Positions 50,601 to 59,331 of a DNA stretch of 64,000 nt are shown here, piece by piece (within the stretch, counting starts at the first letter, position 1; each line of letters starts with the position of its first letter). The stretch is from the NCBI RefSeq assembly GCF_018977255.1, contig NW_024704743.1:61940001-62004000 (forward strand), in the 5' to 3' direction. The stretch comes from Callorhinchus milii (lineage: Eukaryota). The translations under genes and the position numbers were made by a program. The notes beneath the pieces were generated by a model that worked only from the letters and a program-made list of their open reading frames with translations, ran no database searches and was not told the DNA's origin.

Positions 50601-53600
50601 GAATCAATTCAGACTGTCTGATATCATCAATTGCTCCAGATTCATATGGCTCTTTCTCATCATCTAAAGTCATGTGTGATTTTGTTCCCAGTTGGTCTAC
50701 ATTAGAAATTGCTTCTTGTGAAATATCTTTTACATTGACTGTCACAAGTTCTTCATTTCTACCTGAAGTGATGGTCTCTGGAAAAGCTATGGCATTGTGG
50801 CTGGATATGCCCAGCTGTATTTTGCTCTCTGGTGTTGGTGTTGCAAGTGTGTGCACTTGTATCGCAACTGTCCTGTAATCACTTTCTGTCCCTGAAAGGA
50901 TTGTATCATCTCTGCCGGTTGTACTAAGCTGAACTGTACCATGATATCCTTGCATCTTCTCTGACAGATGTACTGTGTCCTCTACTCTCAGTGCTTCAGG
51001 CTGCAAATGATTCCTCGTAGGAGGTGTTTCTGGCAAAGCTGCATTGTTTGTGGTCAACATGACCGACTGTACATTTGTATCTACACTGGGTGAAAGTGTC
51101 AGAAGATCCTCACTGGGTGTCCAGACTGTTGTTAAAAGCTTTGACTCATCTCTATCAATTACATTGAATTTCCTCTTAGTATTATGATCCTCTATTTGAA
51201 CGGATAAATCTGATGGGTCATTTTCCATCATTTCAGTGCTATTATTCTCCAGCAGTAACCCTGAAACTGGATTGTTGGTTTCTTTCTGTGTCTCTTCATT
51301 TTGATACCTTGTATTATTTGAATCTATTGAAGACAACTGTGCTGATCTATTTAAAGAGTATTCTTGGGGTGTTAACCCAGACAGGTAATGTGGATCCCTT
51401 TGGTGATAAATATCTTGCTCTGAAGGTATTGTTTTTTCTGCAAACACAATGACAGATGAAGATACATTTTCTGCAGTTTCTACTGTGGTTGTCACTGGTT
51501 TTGATGATTCATCACCATCTTCTTTTGAAACTGTAATTGCAGAGGTTTGGGACAAAAACATCTGTTTTCCTGTCACATCTGGTTCTGGTTGCACTGTTGA
51601 ACCAGTAATCACAGTCTTAGCGACAAACCTTGTAGACCCATGAATTACTGCGGAGAAAGGAGCCACAGTAAACCCTGGGGGACTTGGATCTCCTGACAAA
51701 AAATGCTCTGATATTTCCTCAGTAAATGCTATGGCCATAAATCCATCAAAACTCTCTTCTTTGACTTCAGTTAAAAGCATTGCTTTACTGTCAGTGAATA
51801 AAAATCTGTCTGTGCGGTCCGACTGAGTAGTGCTTTGGAGGCTGTTTGAAAGATCTGGGCTTCTCTGTTTTTTCTCGACATTGCTAATGTTAGCTGGTTG
51901 TGTTGGTCTGGCTTTACTAGTAGGAGTTTGTGTAAGAAGCTGAGGTTTGGCAGCTGTCACCTCATCGTTCCTTTGGGGGTTGGTCCCCCCATCAGGATCA
52001 GCCCTGACATCAAGTGAAACCATAGACAGTTTAAGGACCTCATGTTCTGAAACACGATCTGCTGTAACAGCCCATAAGCTTTTAGCAGTTGTGTCCCCAG
52101 TCACATTCCTGATTTGCAACAACTCTTCATTTATTTCAGGGGATGTTATATTAGCATCAGTTGTGTTTTTTGCAGCAGAGTAATCTTCACTGTTTGTCAT
52201 TCCAGAGTTTGCCCTATTTGATGTTAACTGAGTCTCTTCCATTGAACTAATCTTGCCGCTTTCCTTTGAGACTAAAGAATGTTTCCAAGTGTCAGGATAT
52301 TCCGTTGTAAATCCTTTCACTGACTTTTCAATACTTTTCATTGCTGAATTGTTGACAGGCGAGAAAATGGAAGACAATGTAAAATTCATGGTGTTTAACT
52401 GTGTTAATATTTCTGAGCCAGAGAGATGTTTTGTGTTGTGAGCGGTTACTATATTTGGAAACTGAATTACTTTCTCTTTATATTCATGAGTTCTGGGCAG
52501 ATTTCGTTCAGGCACCATTGGTTCCTTAGATCCACTCTTCCATGAGGTAGGTAGCACTGAATACAATGACAGATTTTCTGTTCTGTCTCTGGGAGTGTTA
52601 CCTTCCAACACCATTGACTCATTAAAAACAGAATGGTCATCCTCACGTTTATAACAATACACATCCCAATTTTCCAGCAGGTTTTTCCTGATTCCATATG
52701 ATATGATGCCAACTCTGTTTTGACCACAGTTCCAGTTTCTGTGTATCCTGGGGTAAGCAACCTCTCTCTCTGAGATCCAGCCTGCTCTGCACTCCTCCAG
52801 TCCAGCCAGATAGGCCACGTGTAACTGATCTCTGGTTGCCAGCGTAGCCCCAAAGTCTCGTTTACAAGCCAGCTTAGCACTGGGAAAAGTGAGAGAATAT
52901 CGAATCCGCTGATCATAATGAAACACACCACTGACACGTCCTAGGAAAAAGAGAGCATACAGTGGTTTCTAAGAATTGGAAATGAGATAAACAAGAGCTT
53001 CAGTTTGATATGTCTCTGAAGAACACTTACTGTCTTTACTTTCTCATCTTTCCGTTTCATGGTCAATTGGAATCAGTGTGATTGCCTGAGCATGTGCACA
53101 TCTGCAGTATTATTTTGTAAGATAGATTTTTCATTTCATGAAACGTTACCTATGAAATTACATTTTTAAAGATCAGATTTTGTTTTAGAATTCTATTCTA
53201 AAGAATAGTTTTCTATTTAACAGCTTGTTCAACGTTGTATATCCAGATGTGAAACATGTTCAGGGTCTCAAGTGACCACACTCATCCCACGAGTGAGAAA
53301 CAGCCTAAAAACATGTGAAGGATGAAATATATTGGCAAATATATTATGTTCCAGGTCAGGCACCTGCCCCCCCACCCTTCAACTAGCCTACTCTTTAGAG
53401 TGGAGATTCACAATTTTCAAAGCTTCAACTCATAACCTAAATGCCTAATGGCAGATATTAACCCATACAATGCTCTTGTTCTTGTGTAGGTTCATATAAG
53501 TTCACAAAAAAATTTATTTACAATTCAATTCAAATTTACACTTATACAACAATGAGATATATCTATTATACATATATATATATATAAAAAAAGTATATCG

Positions 53601-56600
53601 CAAGCGAGAGGACACGGTTTTGATTCCCGGGCAAGGCAAAACCTAAGGCAAGTTTCATTACTCAACATGCCTCAGTTTACCTAACATCAAGTAGGAACCC
53701 GGTTGTTGTTAGTCGATTGTCAGATCACTTTCCGGAGTAATAAGCCCTTCAAAAATAATAATAAATTGGTCACTCAATCCACGGCCGTTTATGCAACACT
53801 GCTGTGCACAATGTGTATCAAATGCAAGGATTATTATTATAACGTTTTTCACTTCAAGAGGATGTCCCAAGGTGCTGCATAGTCTAAGATTTGCACCCAA
53901 GCTGGAGTTAGGGACCGGGGGATGGGGGGGACAAGGAGAATGGAGTAGGGAAAGCGCATTTCAATGGCAAATGGGTAAGACATATGTTTAGACAAATAAT
54001 TATACTGTAGTGTTTTAGGTTAATACCTTACTGATGAAAAAGTAATTGGATGCTGTAACTGTAATACTGAATGCAACAAAGATGGCGCATAATATTTATC
54101 CATGTGTTTTCTATTAAAAATCCTGGCTTGGCAGCTCTATAATTACACACTATGTATTACATTACTATGTATGGAACATCGGTGAACAATGCTACCTACA
54201 CACTTCTACTGTAAATTACAGAGGAAATCACCTTTTCATCACAATGAGAAGCATTCATATGACGATCACAATTTTTCAATTTTGCTGAAACATTGTTCAT
54301 TCAAAGTAGGTATAACGCATACAACCACTCCATTCCCTCCCCGATTCAGTGACTGTCCTAATAACTCCATCTGGATAGCCTCCAGCTTGTCCCAAGAGAC
54401 AGCACAGGGCTTTCAAAGTGGGCACTTAAAAGGGGCCTCTCACTAATCAGCAGTTCATCGGGCCATGTGTTTCAGTCCCACTATTAAAGGTTCACCATTA
54501 AACACAGCTCAATATCACTGCATATTCCACATCACAAAATCATCATCTTTAATGTCCACAAATAGTTGGATGTTAAAGATCCCATGCCATTTTCGTAAAG
54601 AGAAGGGAACTTTTTCCCGGTGTCTTAGCCAACAATCCTCAAATAAAAAAAAAGTCACTCGCTCTGTAAGATTATATTCATGATGTTTAATGTTTTTTAA
54701 GGCTTTTAATTAATCTTTATGTACGTTTAGAATGTAACCTACCCATCATCCTTTAATAAGGTTTGTTTGATTTAATAACTAGCTTAGCAGGGGTTAAAAG
54801 TAGCTTTGCTGGAAGTGCTGAGGTTAGTTTCTGATTACATTTCATATTTTCCTGGGAAGATGTTCACTCTACTGAGATAATGAGCAATCGGGTCCTAAGA
54901 ACAATGGACCACAGAAAGAAAAGGCTGCAGCCTCAGCCACCTGCCTATCTCAAGGCTGAGAGACAAGCAGGCTGTGGGAGGCTGCCCAGAACTTGTCCAT
55001 ATCTCTATCTGTGTAAAGTAGCCTGCGAAGGGTGGGGGCTATCCCTGTGACAAGGGGAGATGGAGTTAGAAACACACAAAAGAAAGACGTAACTGTGAAA
55101 TAGTTGGAGTTATGTTGAGGGTCAGCGCACCCGGCTCCGCGACCCTATCACCCCCACCCTCGCCCGACTCCACTGGCTTCCCATCACACAGAGGATACAG
55201 TTCAAGATCCTGGTCCTCACTTTCAAAGTCCGCTATGGCTTTGCTCCCCCCTACCTGTCCGACCTCCTAACCAACTACCAACCTGCCCGCGCTCTCTGTT
55301 CAATGGGCTCCAGTCTGTTTCACTTCCCCTGACTTGCCCGACCCACCATTGGTGCGCAGACCTTCAACCACTCACTCACCCTTTGGAACTCCATCCAACA
55401 GTCCCTCCGCCTTGCCCCCTCCCTTGCCTCCTTCAAGATCCTCCTCTTCGACTGTGCCTTCAGTCATCCTCCTTCCCCCCCCAGCCTCCCACCCCTGCCC
55501 TCCAGCCTCCCCGATCCTGATCCCCAGCTCTGGTCCGAAACATTGATTGTCCAGGTCCTTGATGTTTAAAACATCCTTCTGACGTGATAAGGTGCTATAT
55601 CAAATGCAAGGAATGTGATTATTATGTTTTTTGCAAATGTTATGCTGCAATAAGAAAATTAGGTAATCAACATTACTGTTTATATGCCAAAAGAAAAGAT
55701 AAATTAACTGAGATCACGATTAAAGGCGGGTTCTGCTTAGAACTCCCGGAACACAGCTATCTCACTGCTGTGAGATTCTTCATTTGATCTAGTGTCTTAT
55801 CACATCATCAAGACATCTCAAATTGCTTCACAGGATTTACTGTAAAGTGGAGTGACTCTATTTTAGGGGCAAACCTAAAGCAGCAGCTGAACTGCACGCA
55901 GCAATGTCCCACATACAGTTCTGAAGTGAATGATTATTTGTTTATTGGGGCGGTGAAGGGGAATCAGCTGGGTGCGTGACACATGGAAACCCATCCCCAG
56001 GCTTAAGAGCATCCAAACCAAACTGAGAATTTCATGTATCCCACCTAAACATGGAAATCCCAGAGATAGATTGTTGGACTGGAATGCGCACTCTCTCCCT
56101 GGAGGGACACATCCTGCTTACTTGATTCTGGAAAGTATTAGGTGCGGGTTGGCAAGAGCCAAGGCTTGGAGACGCCAGAGTGTGTGTTGGGGTACTGCTG
56201 GAGACTAACCAGCTGAAACCGCATAACTTGCCATTGATATTGCTGTCTGGCAAGCTTTCCCGCTGCTTGGACCACCTTACCCATGAGAGTTAACAGGAGC
56301 TGTGTGGGATGACTGTCCTTACAAGTCCCACCAATAAGCCAGGTTGGCTGTGCTGTCACCAGCGGGGGCCCTGGAGCGTCACCAGCGGGGGCCCTGGAGG
56401 GTCACCAGCGGGGGCCCTGGAGGGTCACCAGCGGGGGCCCTGGAGGGTCACCAGCGGGGCCCTGGAGGGTCACCAGCGAGGGCCCTGGAGGGTCACCAGC
56501 GAGGGCCCTGGAGGGTCACCAGCGGGGCCCTGGAGGGTCACCAGCGGGGGCCCTGGAGGGTCACCAGCGGGGGCCCTGGAGGGTCACCAGCGGGGGCCCT

Positions 56601-57569
56601 GGAGGGTCACCAGCGAGGGCCCTGGAGGGTCACCAGCGAGGGCCCTGGAGGGTCACCAGCGGGGGCCCTGGAGGGTCACCAGCGGGGGCCCTGGAGGGTC
56701 ACCAGCGGGGGCCCTGGAGGGTCACCAGCGGGGGCCTGGAGGGTCACCAGCAGGGGCCCTGGAGGGTCACCAGCGGGGGCCCTGGAGGGTCACCAGCGGG
56801 GGCCCTGGAGGGTCACCAGCGGGCCCCTGGAGGGTCACCAGCGGGGGCCCTGGAGGGTCACCAGCGGGGGCCCTGGAGCGTCACCAGCGGGGGCCCTGGA
56901 GCGTCACCAGCGGGGGCCCTGGAGCGTCACCAGCGGGGGCCCTGGAGCGTCACCAGCGGGGCCCTGGAGCGTCACCAGCGGGGGCCCTGGAGCGTCACCA
57001 GCGGGGGCCCTGGAGCGTCACCAGCGGGGGCCCTGGAGCGTCACCAGCGGGGGCCCTGGAGCGTCACCAGCGGGGGCCCTGGAGCGTCACCAGCGGGGGC
57101 CCTGGAGCGTCACCAGCGGGGGCCCTGGAGTGCCTCTGAGGACTGGCTGGATTCTGCTATTTTGTTGGCAAGCCAGTTACCTTGCAGCCAGTTCAGCTGT
57201 AAGGAGACACCGCTTGTCCCCTCCCAGGAGGATAGTTTAATAATGTAACAGTCATTACATCACCCCCAGAGGTGCTCTGCAGGTTTCACATTGGTGAATT
57301 AACGTTAGGTTCCCCGCCCAGGGCTTAGACATTTGTAAATATGGGGGTCTGCAATGATATGGGAAATAGGGAAACAGGGCATGTTATCTGGGATCTGAGA
57401 AACTGCTGTGTTATTTATAATCTTACCCAAAGCTAATGCACTTACTGCTCAGGTAGAACTCGGAGCTCAGCCCCTGGGTGTCAGCGCAGTCAATCCCCAG
57501 CCACAGCTCCAGCTCCAGCACAGCCAGAAACACAAGCATCCTAAAGAGACACAGGCATTGCGTTAACAT
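32335..57569 (-). CDS. Uncharacterised secreted mosaic protein: signal peptide, Link, mucin-like stalk, CUB, SRCR, 2x Caspr/neurexin-IV-type fibrinogen-like module; whole-gene span, 15 coding exons, ~1766 aa
   Basis: Exons 57569-57446, 52940-49680, 48818-48593, 47872-47742, 47599-47440, 47055-46916, 45521-45387, 44213-44056, 43615-43489, 42849-42664, 37882-37733, 36894-36740, 36447-36321, 34054-33869 and 32369-32335 join in frame with GT-AG introns (5301 nt). The first and last exons are less certain. Confidence 0.88.
32435..32788 (-). mobile_element. L2-type LINE 3' fragment
   Basis: [25 protein letters not shown] plus L2 tail. Confidence 0.8.
33070..33785 (-). mobile_element. L2-type LINE 3' fragment
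   Basis: [14 protein letters not shown]...QNSAARVL...LHWLPI. Confidence 0.85.
33869..34054 (-). CDS. Mosaic gene exon 14, module 2d
   Basis: [41 protein letters not shown]...IGKLMCKGI; strong donor TAG|GTAAG. Confidence 0.92.
35445..35922 (+). mobile_element. Degenerate L2 fragment interrupted by a SINE-tail (ATT)n run
   Basis: KIQLIQNS...ccactggctccct...gatcgacttcaagatcctc; (ATT)n at 35648-35695. Confidence 0.7.
36321..36447 (-). CDS. Mosaic gene exon 13, module 2c
   Basis: [42 protein letters not shown] (read manually; paralogous to exon 9). Confidence 0.92.
36740..36894 (-). CDS. Mosaic gene exon 12, module 2b
   Basis: [51 protein letters not shown]. Confidence 0.92.
37733..37882 (-). 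CDS. Mosaic gene exon 11, module 2a
   Basis: [49 protein letters not shown] (read manually; paralogous to exon 7). Confidence 0.91.
38488..38781 (-). mobile_element. Same SINE family, reverse copy
   Basis: Reverse complement aligns with about 2650-2950. Confidence 0.85.
38885..39280 (-). mobile_element. L2-type LINE 3' fragment (second subfamily; related piece at 38190-38300)
   Basis: [14 protein letters not shown]...RLWNSL...[14 protein letters not shown]. Confidence 0.8.
39984..40545. repeat. Unclassified ~550-bp interspersed repeat; copies at about 14040-14425, 46110-46390 and 55966-57225, fragments near 17830 and 18790
   Basis: Shared blocks such as cactctctccctggagggcacatcctg, ttgccattgatattgctgtc and gttaacaggagctgagtgggatg occur in both orientations. 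Confidence 0.8.
42664..42849 (-). CDS. Mosaic gene exon 10, module 1d
   Basis: [41 protein letters not shown]...IGALHCSGH. Confidence 0.92.
43489..43615 (-). CDS. Mosaic gene exon 9, module 1c
   Basis: [42 protein letters not shown]. Confidence 0.92.
44056..44213 (-). CDS. Mosaic gene exon 8, module 1b
   Basis: [52 protein letters not shown]. Confidence 0.92.
44298..44675 (+). mobile_element. Second, older Deu-type SINE family (SacSINE1-like); further degenerate copies at about 7340-7545, 23245-23480, 60380-60760, 61566-61765 and 62065-62320(-)
   Basis: Shared ctctgagtcagaaggttgtgggttcaagcccca...gatgag...ttaaaccgagg...aaagatccca...cctggccaa motif series. Confidence 0.7.
45387..45521 (-). 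CDS. Mosaic gene exon 7, fibrinogen-like module 1a
   Basis: [45 protein letters not shown]. Confidence 0.92.
46916..47055 (-). CDS. Mosaic gene exon 6, SRCR domain C-part
   Basis: [46 protein letters not shown]. Confidence 0.9.
47440..47599 (-). CDS. Mosaic gene exon 5, SRCR domain N-part
   Basis: [45 protein letters not shown]. Confidence 0.93.
47742..47872 (-). CDS. Mosaic gene exon 4, CUB domain C-part
   Basis: [43 protein letters not shown] (read manually; absent from the ORF track). Confidence 0.92.
48593..48818 (-). CDS. Mosaic gene exon 3, CUB domain N-part
   Basis: [32 protein letters not shown]...[11 protein letters not shown]...MGR. Confidence 0.93.
49680..52940 (-). CDS. Mosaic gene exon 2 (3261 nt): Link module plus ~1000-aa Ser/Thr-rich stalk
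   Basis: Acceptor tctctttttcctag|; [22 protein letters not shown]...EECRAGW...VAYP...NCG...GIISYGIR...WDVYCY has the four Link cysteines; ORF open to donor TAG|GTAAGT. Confidence 0.92.
55124..55625 (+). mobile_element. L2-type LINE 3' fragment
   Basis: ctccgcgaccctatcacccccaccctc...cactggcttcccatc matches the other L2 copies. Confidence 0.8.
56354..57130 (+). repeat. GC-rich minisatellite, 23-bp unit, ~34 copies
   Basis: Tandem (g/c)gtcaccagcgggggccctggag. Confidence 0.97.
57446..57569 (-). CDS. Mosaic gene exon 1, putative signal peptide (start at ATG 57569 or 57539)
   Basis: [41 protein letters not shown]; donor GCA|GTAAGT is phase 1, matching the acceptor at 52940. Confidence 0.65.
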
Positions 57570-58381
57570 CACCACAGAGTCAGTGTGGCTCCACGCGTAA
57601 AGTACAACCAGAGACACATCTGGAGAGAGAGATTTCTCGCCATCGCTTGTCCTAACGTGGGGACGAAATGTGGGGATGTGTGTTCCCCAAAGCTGAGCCG
57701 TCACTGACCTGTCAGGAAAGGGCATCTGAGGTGCAGGAGACGCCAGCAAGTCAGAGCTGATCCCTCCTCTGTCTCTGGTGATGTGTGGAAGTGAAGGCAG
57801 TGAAGGCAGTTTGAGGAAATTCCCAGCTTCAGCAGAGGGATCACCATCTGATGGGAGTCAGGCTGCCTGTGCTCAACCAGACTCCTTAAGTGCTGACAGC
57901 CGGAAGCTGCTCACTTCAATGACATAGCCCTCAGTGGCCTGTGGCTGACCAAAGGGATATAACATGATAAGTGTGTGTCCCAGTTGATAGTAACAAATAC
58001 CAGTGTTTAAAGTGGATATTTACTAAATGTTTCCTGTTCAGTAACTGCCTATTTTCTATATTGCTAAGAAAGGCGATTGCTGCTAAACTCTTAAATATAG
58101 AGCAACACTGGGGTTCAAACAACAAGGCCTTTAATAAAGTCAGCTTCTAAATTGAGGCTTTTTTTTAAAGGATCCTAAATGAATGTAACAAATCATTAAG
58201 AGTTTCTCAAAGTGAATGTAAAGTTAGTGACTGCTCACGCCATCTCCTGTCTTATTTCCCCACTTTTCCCCACTTAGGAACATGCATGGTGTAAGGTTTC
58301 TTTTGGCCCCGATTTCATTTTGTGATTTTAATTCAATGCAGTTAGCTCCAAAACAAATCACCCAAAGGCCTGGGCTCCATT

Positions 58382-59275
58382 TACAACAACAACAACAACA
58401 AAATTACATTTGTATAGTGCCTTTCATGTTGGGAGGACATCCTAAGGCGCTGGACAGTCAGAGTTTCGGACCCGAGCTGAGAGTCGGGATTGGGGAGGAT
58501 GGAGGGCAAGGGGGAAAGGAGGGTGATCGAAAGCACAGTTGAAGAGGAGCGTCTTGAGATGGGTCTTGAAGGAGGCAGGGGACGTGAAGCAGGTCAAAGC
58601 CTACTGAGTGGAGGTAGCGGGCAAGATGGTAGGGGGTTAGAATGTCACACAGGTGGTGGGGAGCAAAACCATGGACAGCTTTGAAGATAAAGACCAGGAT
58701 GTTGCACTGTATCCTCTGTGGGATGGGAAGCCAGTGGAGTTGGTTGAGGATGGGGGTGATAGGGTCACGGAGCCTGGTGCGGGAGAGGACCTGGGCTCCA
58801 GTTCTGGATGATCTGAGACCTATGGAAGAGATGGGGAGTCTGACAAGCAAGGAGTTTGCATAATCAAGCCTCAATGTTAAGTGGATATGAAGATTTCGGC
58901 AGCTTGCGGTGTGAGACAGTGGTGGAGCCGGGCGACGTTGCGGAGGTGGGGGAAGGCAGAGCGGGTCATGGCATGGATGTGGGATAGAAAGGATAGTTGA
59001 GGATCAAACAAGATGCCAAGGTTCTGGATTTGCTTCGTGAGGTGGAGTGTGCAACCATGGATGGTGATGCTGTCAGCGCCTGAGGTGAGGAGGTGCTGAC
59101 GGGAGCCAATCAGGAGAGCCTCGGTCTTGTTGACGTTCAACTGAAGAAAGTTAGCTCTCATCCAGAACTTGATGTCCGACAGACATTCTGTCAGGTCAGC
59201 AGTGGTCCTGGAGTCAAGGGTGGAGGCAGAGATGCACAGTTGGATGTCATCCGCATACATGTGAAAGTTGACCCC
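58382..59275 (-). mobile_element. 5'-truncated L2-type LINE
   Basis: HGVNFHMYADDIQLC...[16 protein letters not shown] and [11 protein letters not shown]; same family as the 29046 copy. Confidence 0.9.
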
Positions 59276-59299
59276 ATGTTTAATGCAATTTCCAAAGCA

Positions 59300-59331
59300 T
59301 TTCATTCATTCATTCATTCATTCATTCATTC
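59300..59331 (+). repeat. (TTCA)n microsatellite
   Basis: About 8 units. Confidence 0.9.

Noticed and set aside
53031..53101. Exon-like segment on - with AG and GTAAGT flanks upstream of the Link exon
   Set aside because: Stops occur in all three frames from the acceptor, and the internal ATG gives a phase-0 donor that is incompatible with the phase-1 acceptor at 52940.
54027..54110. Possible extra exon or hydrophobic leader on - ([15 protein letters not shown])
   Set aside because: There is no in-frame ATG (a TAA lies just upstream), and I found no donor/acceptor combination that keeps the frame between exons 1 and 2. It is not excluded as a UTR or rare exon.
56309..57240. Long ORFs (276 and 298 aa) and a CRISPR-like appearance
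   Set aside because: These are stop-free translations of a 23-bp tandem repeat. There are no unique spacers and no cas genes, and the context is eukaryotic.
29046..59275. Inverted L2 pair (29.0 kb + and 58.4-59.3 kb -) as the cause of the gene-order change
   Set aside because: One copy lies inside intact NFX1 intron 23, so recombination between the pair would have broken NFX1. L2 copies are abundant enough for chance placement.
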